Below are positions 34,701-42,828 of a stretch of 64,000 nucleotides of DNA, in pieces; position 1 is the first letter of the stretch, and each line of letters starts with the position of its first letter. A program made the position numbers and the translations under genes. The notes below the pieces were generated by a model. It saw only the letters and a list, made by a program, of their open reading frames with translations, ran no database searches and was not told the DNA's origin. Origin of the DNA: Candidatus Eiseniibacteriota bacterium. GTDB lineage: Bacteria; Eisenbacteria; RBG-16-71-46. The stretch spans positions 1,760 through 65,759 of the forward strand of contig JACRPT010000146.1 of the NCBI GenBank assembly GCA_016223045.1. The letters run 5' to 3'.

Positions 34701-34928
34701 ATGCGCACGCTGAACGAAATCGTCTTCGGAGCCGTCAGCGCAATGCTCTGGTGGTTCCTGACCCACATCCCGCTCGTGGGCGTCGCTATCTTCGTCTCGC
34801 AGTGCATCTCGGTGGGCGTTGCCACGAAGTACCCACAGCACCCTGAGGTGTGGTGGGCCACCTTCGCTCGCGCCATCGCAGCAGGTGGGTTCTTCGCCGC
34901 AATCGGCATGCTCATGCTCCATCGGTAA
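34701..34928 (+). CDS. small 2-TM membrane protein (partner of paralogue A)
   Basis: 75 aa with two hydrophobic helices. It starts 2 nt after the upstream stop. Confidence 0.55.
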   Translation: MRTLNEIVFGAVSAMLWWFLTHIPLVGVAIFVSQCISVGVATKYPQHPEVWWATFARAIAAGGFFAAIGMLMLHR

Positions 34929-34949
34929 GGGAGACTGGAGGGTCCAAGC

Positions 34950-35462
34950 ATGCCGGGCAATGATCCTCGTGGGGGCGGCGTGACGCCCCCCGAGCAGCTC
35001 ATCCGGATGCACCGCCGCAGCCTCGTCCACGTGCTGGTGCTCCACGGCACGACGGCGGGGCGCGACCAGGTCGCGCGCGTCTTCCACCGCGAGAGCCCGG
35101 TGCGCAGCGGCCCGTTCGTGAAGCTCGACGCCGCGCGTGACGCAGACGCGCTGCACGCGGCCCTGGAGGCGTGCGTGGCGCGCGACGAGGAGGTCGGCGT
35201 GGTGCGCGAGTCGCACCGCGGCACGCTCTACGTGGACTTCGTCGGGCGGCTCCCGCTCGAGACCCAGCGCCTGCTGCTCGAGTTCTCGAAGCGCTCGACC
35301 TCCGACCTGCCGGGCGCGCGCGCCGCGGCGTGGGGCGGGCGAATCGTCGCTGGCAGCCCCAACGACCTGGCTCCCGCGGTCGCGCAGGGCCGCTTCATCG
35401 CCGAGCTCCACGACACGCTCAACAAGATCCTGGTGGACCTCGGGCAGGAAGGCGCGCCGTGA
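34950..35462 (+). CDS. degenerate sigma-54-activator-like AAA+ domain protein (pseudo-EBP)
   Basis: Aligns to the central domain of NtrC-family activators (VLVLHGTTAGRDQVARVFH vs a GESGTGKE Walker A; GTLYVDFVGRLPLETQRLLLEF vs [11 protein letters not shown]...Q..LLR; RIVAGSPNDL...GRFIAELHDTLN vs RIIAAT...G.FREDL..RLN). It lacks the Walker A Lys, the Walker B DE and the GAFTGA loop. Confidence 0.5.
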   Translation: MPGNDPRGGGVTPPEQLIRMHRRSLVHVLVLHGTTAGRDQVARVFHRESPVRSGPFVKLDAARDADALHAALEACVARDEEVGVVRESHRGTLYVDFVGRLPLETQRLLLEFSKRSTSDLPGARAAAWGGRIVAGSPNDLAPAVAQGRFIAELHDTLNKILVDLGQEGAP

Positions 35463-35845
35463 CGCGGGCGACGCGCGGCCAAGTCCTGCTGCTCACCGCG
35501 CGCCCCGCGGCGCATGGGAAGCTGGTTCGCGCGCTGCGCGGGCTGGGCGCACGCGTGAGCGTCCCGCACGCCGCGCCGCAGACGCTGCGCCTGATCGCCC
35601 GCCGGCCCACCCTGGTCCTCGTGGACCTTGCCAACGGCGCGGGCCTCACGCCAGAGATCGTGGACCTGCTCAACCGCCGCCGCGATCCAATCCTGGTCCT
35701 CGCGCTGCACGACGGCAGTTTCGGGCTGCGCGAGCGCGCGGTCGCCGGGCTGAGCGTCGCCGGCTTCTGCCCCGCGCACGACAGCCAGCCGATCGTGAAC
35801 GTGGTGGCCGGCCTGCGCGCCGGGGGCGCCGTCGCCGTCCACTGA
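35459..35845 (+). CDS. receiver (REC)-like domain protein lacking the N-terminal acidic pair (pseudo-receiver)
   Basis: GTG overlaps the upstream stop. The alternating beta/alpha pattern VLLLT ... TLVLVDL ... ILVLALHDG resembles CheY-like receivers, but the N-terminal DD pair is absent. Confidence 0.45.
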   Translation: MTRATRGQVLLLTARPAAHGKLVRALRGLGARVSVPHAAPQTLRLIARRPTLVLVDLANGAGLTPEIVDLLNRRRDPILVLALHDGSFGLRERAVAGLSVAGFCPAHDSQPIVNVVAGLRAGGAVAVH

Positions 35846-35994
35846 GCCGGCTTGACTTGGGTTGTGCGGTTAGACCAGCGAGGAGGCACCGAGCATGCGG
35901 GTGGTCGCGATTGCGCTGTTGTCGCTGGCGACAGGTGGTGAACATGCGGGGGTTGGATGAAGCGGCTCATTGAGCATCCAGAGGAGGATGTCAC

Positions 35995-36828
35995 ATGAGG
36001 AAGTATGGGCGCGTTTCGATTCTTCTGATCGCTGTGCAATTGCTGGCCGGGGTCGTGGCTTGGGCACAAGAACCAGAACCTGTATTGTGGGTACCTCCCA
36101 GTCAGCGACAGCCGACGTACTGGACGAGATGGAACGGCGGGGCGCGCAACCTGCCCTATGGCTCGTCGGTAAGCTCCTCACTGGTGCTGCAGACCGCTCT
36201 TAGCATGCCGTGGATACAGGACGGGATTGGTCGAATGCAGTCCCGTGGATACTTGCGGCGGACCGATATGGACGGGGCCTCGAGTCGAGATGGGTACGCC
36301 TGCGCGGTAGTCGCCTTTGAGAAGCCGGGCGTCGCGCCCACGGCAGAGCAGCCGATCATCTTTGTGAGTACGGCGCCGATTCCCGCAATCGACCAGATGA
36401 CTGGTGACACGATCGCCGTGGTTGCGACCCAGGTGTTCGCCGGGATGGTTGCGGATTCATCGGGTACGGTCGTGACGCGCGAGACTGCCTCCGACCCATC
36501 GGAGGCGCTGACGGTGACTCCTGCGTTGAACACGACTGCGACCGTCATGCCTCTCATGAACTCGGAAGATCTCGAGTACCGCTACGCCGGCTACAGTCTC
36601 GCCAGCAATGGGGCGTCGGACCCCTATACTGCCGTCTGGAATGCCATCCCGCCCGTGTGGCGGAACTTTGGCATATATGTGGGCGTCGGCGCTGCGGCAG
36701 GATATGCCGGGGGCGGAGGATGGCTCGGCGCGGCCGTTTGGGGCGCTGCGTCGGGAGTCCTCTACTGGTTTGGGCCTCCATGCAGTTGCCCGCCGACCCG
36801 CTCGGATCCCAACGGAACCCGGAGGTGA
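35995..36828 (+). CDS. secreted protein, paralogue B (Gly-zipper C-terminus)
   Basis: RBS AGAGGAGGATGTCAC-ATG, similar to the paralogue A leader. Signal peptide. The C-terminus is GIYVGVGAAAGYAGGGGWLGAAVWGAASGVLYWF (GxxxG-zipper-like). GC about 50-55%. Confidence 0.65.
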   Translation: MRKYGRVSILLIAVQLLAGVVAWAQEPEPVLWVPPSQRQPTYWTRWNGGARNLPYGSSVSSSLVLQTALSMPWIQDGIGRMQSRGYLRRTDMDGASSRDGYACAVVAFEKPGVAPTAEQPIIFVSTAPIPAIDQMTGDTIAVVATQVFAGMVADSSGTVVTRETASDPSEALTVTPALNTTATVMPLMNSEDLEYRYAGYSLASNGASDPYTAVWNAIPPVWRNFGIYVGVGAAAGYAGGGGWLGAAVWGAASGVLYWFGPPCSCPPTRSDPNGTRR

Positions 36829-36831
36829 GCC

Positions 36832-37137
36832 ATGAATCACACTATGGACAAGCTCGCGGCGGATGCGGAAGCGTCCACCTTGACTGATGCGGCGAAGGCC
36901 AACAGGCACTTTGCGGCTGCTGCGGCTGTGGTCTCCGGGCTTGCGTGGGGGCTGCTGGCCAGGAACGCATACGTCTTCTTGTTGACCGTCGCGCTCTGCC
37001 TGAGCCACAGCCTCTACTCCGACATGAGAAGGGATTCGAAGCTCAAGCGCGCCGGCTACTCCGTATTCGTGGGGGCGTGGGTGTATCTCGTGACGTGCCT
37101 GATGGAGCACGGCGGACTGTTGAGGGCAGTCCGCTGA
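36832..37137 (+). CDS. small 2-TM membrane protein (partner of paralogue B)
   Basis: 101 aa with two hydrophobic helices. It starts 4 nt after the paralogue B stop. Confidence 0.55.
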   Translation: MNHTMDKLAADAEASTLTDAAKANRHFAAAAAVVSGLAWGLLARNAYVFLLTVALCLSHSLYSDMRRDSKLKRAGYSVFVGAWVYLVTCLMEHGGLLRAVR

Positions 37138-37140
37138 GTG

Positions 37141-38225
37141 CGAATCGCGTTCCAAACTTCGGGCCTTGGCTCGACTGTGTTGCGCTTGGTGGTCGGTTCG
37201 TCGTGGCCTGCAAGGATGGGCCGAGTGGCTACTACACGCTTGACGCGTGCAATCCGAACGACTACAGCACGATGGCCTTTGGTGGCACGTCGGCCGCAGC
37301 GCCATTCGTAAGTGGCGTCGCGGCGCTCCTGTTGAAGTTGAATCCCAACCTGATCGGCGAGGACATCCAGGAGCTGATCAACCGCACGGCGATCAATCTT
37401 TCCTACGGCGGCGGGTTTACGGACCAATACGGGCACGGCTACGTCCGGGCAGATCTTGCCAAGGCCAAGCTCGACGGACGCGAGCTGTTCCATTTCGCGG
37501 TCGGCGACGTGCCGTGGGCTCTTGGACCTTTGACGGATGTCGAACAGGCGGACGTCTCGATCTTCTTCCTCAACGTCCAGCAGTGGTTCCCCTCTCCAAG
37601 CAGCTATCCGTGCCGCCGACATCGGCTGGCGGCAACGGTGCAATGGCCGCACTCCTTTCCGGACCTGCCGACGGTGTGGACGCGGTCGAGCGGGAGCCTG
37701 GGGTGGCGGTCGATCGGACCGTCGCCCGACTACTTCGACTACGAGAAGGACGTCTATGAGGGCGGAGTAGTGGGCGGGACGGTGAGCCAGACTGGCGCGA
37801 CCTTCGAGACCTACGTCTACGAGGTCTACTACAACGGCGCATACCACTGGTGGCCGACGGATCCGGGCCATGCCCGCTTGATGATCACCGCCCTCGGTGG
37901 CTTGGCGAACACGGGAGTGCGGGATCCTGCTGTGGCCAGGGTCACCGAGGTCCGCTCGTTTCCGAATCCGGCCAGGAGCGGCGTGCAGTTCGAAGTCAGC
38001 GTTCCGGAGCGGGGTCTGGTGCGGGCCGTAGTGCTCGACGCGCAGGGCAGGCAGGTCGCGCTGGTCGCTAGCGAGATGATGGAGGCCGGCCGGAGGAGAT
38101 TCGCCTGGGGCGGGCGGATGGCGGACGGGCAGTGGGCCCCGGCGGGCGTATACTTCTGCAAGGTGCGCTCGAGCGGCGGACAGGCGGTCCGAAGGTTCGT
38201 GCTGCTGGGCGCAAACAGGGAGTAG
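37141..38225 (+). pseudogene. 5'-truncated subtilisin-like (S8) serine peptidase fragment with a T9SS C-terminal sorting domain
   Basis: Contains only the Ser-active-site block (YSTMAFGGTSAAAPFVSGVAALL). The Asp and His blocks are absent upstream, where another gene lies. The C-terminal 80 aa look like a Por/T9SS CTD (SFPNPARSG..F.V...G.V...V.D..GR.V ... GVYFCKV). Confidence 0.5.
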
Positions 38226-38326
38226 CGCGCATCGGGGTGGATGCGGGCTCTCAATGTCACCGGGAACCCGGCTGCTTGCTGGGCAGTGAGTAGGGTGCTA
38301 CGAGGCGTCGCGCGGAGGAGGTTGAG

Positions 38327-39310
38327 ATGTCGAGGAGACGAAGCTACATCGCATGGCCCGCGCTCGCGATGCCGCTGTTCCTTGGCTCATGCGAGAAGAG
38401 CCCGGTTGCCCCCGTGAAGCCCGATGGAGCGCGTCGCGACACCCTGCCACGGTTTGCGCAGGTAGACTATCCGCTCAGTTGGTCCACGGACGGGAATCTC
38501 GCGGCGTTCCGCCGCTGCGTGCCCAGCAGCTACGGCGGGCCGGGCCTCTACGTCATCCCGCGCTTCGGTGGCAAACCCCTCTACGTCCTTCCGGCCAACA
38601 TCTTCTGGCCGAAGGAGGTTCGGTTCTCTCCCGATGGCACCCGGGTTGCCGGGGTCTGGAACTTCTCGCTCTTCATCGCGGATCTCCGCACCGGCCGCGT
38701 GGACTGGCCCTACTACACGGCCAACGGAGTAGGGGGGGTGGATTGGTCGCCTGACGGGAATACGCTGCTGCTCAGCAGGCGCTTCTACCTGCCTGAGCAG
38801 CCCGAAGACTCGGCCGGTGTCCATTTGTTCGATGTTCGTACCGGGCGGGACGAGGTGTTCCTCTCCCGGGGCCGTCATGTCTATGGAGGAGACCCGCGGT
38901 GGTCGCCGGATGGGGATTCGTTCGCAGTGGTCGAGTACACCGATGGAGCGGCTCGCGTGGCAATCTATGGGCTGCGTGACAGTTCGCTCAAGATCGTCTG
39001 GCCTGGCACCCGGGCGGATGATTTCGAGAACCTGCAATGGGTGCGACCCGCCCTCTTCGGGCATCTCAAGCTGGCGGTGCGGAAGTACGTGGGGGAACGC
39101 CAGGGGTCATACTTGATGGACCCGGACGGTTCCCGCCTGGAGCGGCTGCCCTACAGTATCTTCTTTTCCGCATTGTCCCCGACGCGTCCGGAGTTGCTCA
39201 CGCTCGGCTGGTCAGGAGCGGATTCCTTGGGGGTCGTCGGGGTAGACTGGGTCTCCGAAGATCGTGTCCTGTGGGGGCGCCGGCTCACGGCGTGGCGACC
39301 GCCCCAGTGA
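38327..39310 (+). CDS. TolB-like beta-propeller lipoprotein
   Basis: Lipobox LFLGSC. Repeated SPDG/WSPDG propeller-blade motifs (FSPDGTRVA, WSPDGNTLLL, WSPDGDSFAV). Confidence 0.7.
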   Translation: MSRRRSYIAWPALAMPLFLGSCEKSPVAPVKPDGARRDTLPRFAQVDYPLSWSTDGNLAAFRRCVPSSYGGPGLYVIPRFGGKPLYVLPANIFWPKEVRFSPDGTRVAGVWNFSLFIADLRTGRVDWPYYTANGVGGVDWSPDGNTLLLSRRFYLPEQPEDSAGVHLFDVRTGRDEVFLSRGRHVYGGDPRWSPDGDSFAVVEYTDGAARVAIYGLRDSSLKIVWPGTRADDFENLQWVRPALFGHLKLAVRKYVGERQGSYLMDPDGSRLERLPYSIFFSALSPTRPELLTLGWSGADSLGVVGVDWVSEDRVLWGRRLTAWRPPQ

Positions 39311-39312
39311 CG

Positions 39313-39515
39313 CGCCTCCCGAGCAGCTCATCCGGATGCCCTGCCGCAGCCTCGTCCACGTCCTGGTCCTCGCGCTCCACGACGGCAGCCTCGGATTGCG
39401 CGAGCGTGCGGCCGCCGGGCTGAGCGTCGCCGGCTTCTGCCCCGCGCACGACAGCCAGCCGATCGTGAATGTAGTGGCCGGCATGCGCGCCGGGGACGCT
39501 GTCTCCCTCCACTGA
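39313..39515 (+). repeat. internally deleted second copy of the pseudo-EBP/REC-like gene pair (5' 60 bp + 3' 155 bp)
   Basis: The sequence matches 34977..35037 joined to 35691..35845 at about 90% identity. The junction lies in the similar ctggtcctcgcgctSCACGACGGC stretches. It encodes a chimeric 83-aa ORF. Confidence 0.65.
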
Positions 39516-39656
39516 AGCGCCCGGCCGCGCCGGGCTCCCTGCCGCGTCGCCGCCGCAGGTTGACGCCCGCGCGCGACGGAGGCTAATGTCCGGGCTCCTT
39601 CGCAACCGATACCAGGGAAGGTTCGGCCTGCCCCCTGCGGGGCTTCTGGAGGTTCC

Positions 39657-40628
39657 ATGCAGTTGCGCGCCCTGCGCCGCTGGGGAGCGTTGCTCCTCGT
39701 GACCCTGGTGGCGTGCCCGGCCATGACGGCCGGCGCCACCGCCCGCTCCACCCGAGATCGCGCCCCGACCCGCGTGCAGGCCACCCGGACCGGCACGGGC
39801 GCCGCGGTGGCGAAGCGTGCCCGTCCCCGGCGCGCCCGCCGCGCGCCCGCCCGCCGTGCGCGCCGGCGCGGCCCCAGGGGCGTGGTCTACGCCCGCAACG
39901 CCATCGTCGTGGACCCGCTGACCGAGCGGGTGCTGTTCGAGAAGCAGTCCGGCGAGACCGTGCCGATCGCGAGCCTCACCAAGCTCATGACCGCGCTGGT
40001 GTTCCTCGAGCAGAAACCCGACCTCAGGCGCGTGGCCGAGGTCACGCGGGCCGAGATCTCGGGCGGGGGCCACACCCAGCTCCGCAACCACGAGCAGGTC
40101 TCGCTCTACGACCTGCTCCACATGGGCCTGATGAACTCGGACAACGTGGCCACCCGCGTGCTGGCCCGCGAATCCGGGCTCACGGCCGACGCCTTCGTGG
40201 CGCGCATGAACGCGAGGGCCGCCGAGCTGGGGCTCGCGCACACCCACTACGTCGAGTTCACCGGTCTCGACGAGCGCAACGTCTCGACCGCCGCCGACAT
40301 CGCGAAGCTGCTCCGCGTCGCCGCGGACCACTACCTGATCCGCGAGATCACCACCACGCCGACCTACGTGTTCACCAGCGAGCGCCCGCCGCGCACGCAC
40401 CAGATCGTGAACTCGAACCGCCTGGTGCGCGGCAGCCGCTACGAGGTCAACTGCGGGAAGACCGGCTTCATCAGCGAGGCCGGTTACTGCGTGGCCACCT
40501 GGGTGCGCGACCGCGGGCGCGACCTGATCACCGTGGTGCTCGGCGCCCCCACCAACGCCACGCGCTTCGCCGACGTCGTCCGCCTGGTCCAGCGCACCGA
40601 GACGCTGAGCGTCAGCGAAGCCCGGTAG
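39657..40628 (+). CDS. D-alanyl-D-alanine carboxypeptidase (S11, PBP5/6-like)
   Basis: SLTKLMT (SxxK), SDN and KTG motifs. Signal peptide. Confidence 0.8.
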   Translation: MQLRALRRWGALLLVTLVACPAMTAGATARSTRDRAPTRVQATRTGTGAAVAKRARPRRARRAPARRARRRGPRGVVYARNAIVVDPLTERVLFEKQSGETVPIASLTKLMTALVFLEQKPDLRRVAEVTRAEISGGGHTQLRNHEQVSLYDLLHMGLMNSDNVATRVLARESGLTADAFVARMNARAAELGLAHTHYVEFTGLDERNVSTAADIAKLLRVAADHYLIREITTTPTYVFTSERPPRTHQIVNSNRLVRGSRYEVNCGKTGFISEAGYCVATWVRDRGRDLITVVLGAPTNATRFADVVRLVQRTETLSVSEAR

Positions 40629-40640
40629 CGCGGCCGCACC

Positions 40641-41456
40641 ATGACGACCCGCGACCGCGTCCGCGCGCTGCTGGCGGGACTCGTCGCCGGGATCGCGGGC
40701 GGGCTGTTCGGCGTCGGCGGCGGGCTGGTCCTTATCCCGCTGCTCACCGGCGGGCTCGGCCTCACGCAGCACCGCGCGCACGGCACCTCGCTCGCCGCGA
40801 TCGGGGCCACCGCGGCGGCTTCGCTGTTCGTCTACGGCGCGCACGCCAACGTGGCCTGGGGCACGGCGGCGCTGGTCGGGATCGCGAGCGTGCTGACGGC
40901 GCGCTACGGCGCGCGCTGGGCGGCGCGCACCTCGGCGCGCCGGCTGACGCACGCCTTCGCGGTGTTCCTGGTGCTGGTTGCGCTGCGGCTGCTGTGGAAG
41001 GCCCCGGCGCACGCGGGCTCGCCCTTCCCGCCCGGCGCGGCCGCGATCGGCTTCGACCTCGCCCTGGGGGCCGCGGCGGGTTTCCTGGCCGGCTTCATGG
41101 GCGTGGGCGGCGGGATTATCGCCGTGCCCGCCTTCAGCCTCGTCCTCGGGATGTCTCAGCAGGCCGCCCAGGGCACCTCGCTGGCGGTAATCCTGGTGAC
41201 CGCGCCGGCCGGAGCCATCGAGCACGCGCGCCACGGGAACGTGGCGGGCAAGCTGGTGCCGGCCCTGGCGCTGGGCGCGGCGCTGGGGGGCCCGCTGGCC
41301 TCCTGGCTGGCGCTGCGGCTGCCGCACGAGGCGCTGGCCAGGGCCTTCGGGGTGTTCCTGCTGGCCAACGCCCTGCACATGTGGGCCCGGTCGGGCCGGA
41401 TGACCCAGGAGAGTGGGGCAGTGGTCCCGAGGGAGACCTCTGGCGACTCGCGCTAA
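40641..41456 (+). CDS. TauE/SafE (DUF81) family anion exporter
   Basis: Two repeated four-helix halves with GxGGG motifs typical of the TauE/SafE family. Confidence 0.75.
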   Translation: MTTRDRVRALLAGLVAGIAGGLFGVGGGLVLIPLLTGGLGLTQHRAHGTSLAAIGATAAASLFVYGAHANVAWGTAALVGIASVLTARYGARWAARTSARRLTHAFAVFLVLVALRLLWKAPAHAGSPFPPGAAAIGFDLALGAAAGFLAGFMGVGGGIIAVPAFSLVLGMSQQAAQGTSLAVILVTAPAGAIEHARHGNVAGKLVPALALGAALGGPLASWLALRLPHEALARAFGVFLLANALHMWARSGRMTQESGAVVPRETSGDSR

Positions 41457-41692
41457 GCGCCTACGAAAAGGCGAAGTACCGCAGCTTCGAGCTTGAAGCC
41501 GCGCGGCGCTTTTCATAGAATTGTCGTGGTCACGAATTAAGGGTTGCCTGCGAGCAACGCTATCGGGGGCAGGCCCGGCCTCTCAATACGGGCAGCAGCG
41601 CCACGCGAACGCGCCCGAAGCCCAGGCCCCGCAGCGGGCGGTCGTCTGTCGTCATCGCATCAGGGCAAGGCATCCACAAGGAGACCCCCACC

Positions 41693-42394
41693 ATGAGAAA
41701 GACCGCTACCGCGCTGTTCGCTCTCGCCCTCGTCGCTTCGATGGCCACGGCTGCGCTCGCCGCGAACGCCGTGCGCATCAGCCAGGTGTACGGCGGCGGC
41801 GGCAACACGGGCGCGACGTACAACAACGACTACGTCGAGCTGTTCAACAACTCCGGCTCCGCGGTCAGCATCGGCGGCTGGTCGCTGCAGTACGGCTCGG
41901 CCACCGGAACCGTGAATCTCGGGGCGTGCACGAACTGCCTCACGGTCATCCCGTCGGGCGCCTCGATCCCGCCGTGCGGCTACTACCTCATCCAGCTCGC
42001 GGCCGGCACGATCGCGGGTCCGCCGCTCCCGGTGACCCCGGATCTCATCATCCCGCAGGCGACGGCCAACAACCTGAGCGGCACCAGCGGCAAGATCGGG
42101 CTGAAGTCTGACGCCATCACCACGCCGTGCGTGCCGCAGACGGCGTTCGTGGACCTGGTCGGCTACGGCACCGCGAATTGCAAGGAAGGCGCGACCGCTG
42201 CCCCGACGCTGAGCAACACCGAGATGGCGGTCCGCAATGGCGGCGGCACGGTTGACACCGACGTCAACGGTTCCGACTTCACGAAGGTCGCGGGCGCGGT
42301 CCCGCACAACTCGGCCTCGCCGGCGAACGCGGGCTGCCTCGTGACGCCGACGATCCCGCAGAGCTGGGGCAAGCTGAAGGTCCTCTATCGCTGA
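41693..42394 (+). CDS. secreted lamin-tail-domain (LTD) protein
   Basis: Signal peptide, then VRISQVYGGGGN...YNNDYVELFN, which matches the LTD signature. Confidence 0.65.
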   Translation: MRKTATALFALALVASMATAALAANAVRISQVYGGGGNTGATYNNDYVELFNNSGSAVSIGGWSLQYGSATGTVNLGACTNCLTVIPSGASIPPCGYYLIQLAAGTIAGPPLPVTPDLIIPQATANNLSGTSGKIGLKSDAITTPCVPQTAFVDLVGYGTANCKEGATAAPTLSNTEMAVRNGGGTVDTDVNGSDFTKVAGAVPHNSASPANAGCLVTPTIPQSWGKLKVLYR

Positions 42395-42828
42395 TCAGCG
42401 CGCGGGCATCGCCCGAGCGATCGCTTCACCCGAAGGCCCGGCCAGCGCGCCGGGCCTTCGGCGTTCCGGGCAGCCCCGCCGGGGACTTTGACCCCGGTGC
42501 TGTAAGAAAACTTCATCGCGTTGCGGGAAGCTTGCGGCCCACGAGGCCCGGCCTGGCCCCCGGCCGCCGGGCGGACCGCTCGCAACCGCCAGCGGCTCAA
42601 ACCTGTCCGCGCCCGGAAGCCCGGGAATCGGCGAAGCGCGAGGGAGACAGCACCTAGTCCGCTGCCCTTCAACCCGTTGTGTGGCTGGAGGGTCGGGGGG
42701 CGAGGTTCGCCCGTTCTCGGCGAGCGATTTGCATGTCGTAGCGAGCAGGGACACCGGTCCTCGTGGCCGCTCCGTCCCCCGGCACCCGAGCCGCCGTCAG
42801 GCGCCCAGGACCCAGCACAGGAGAACCC

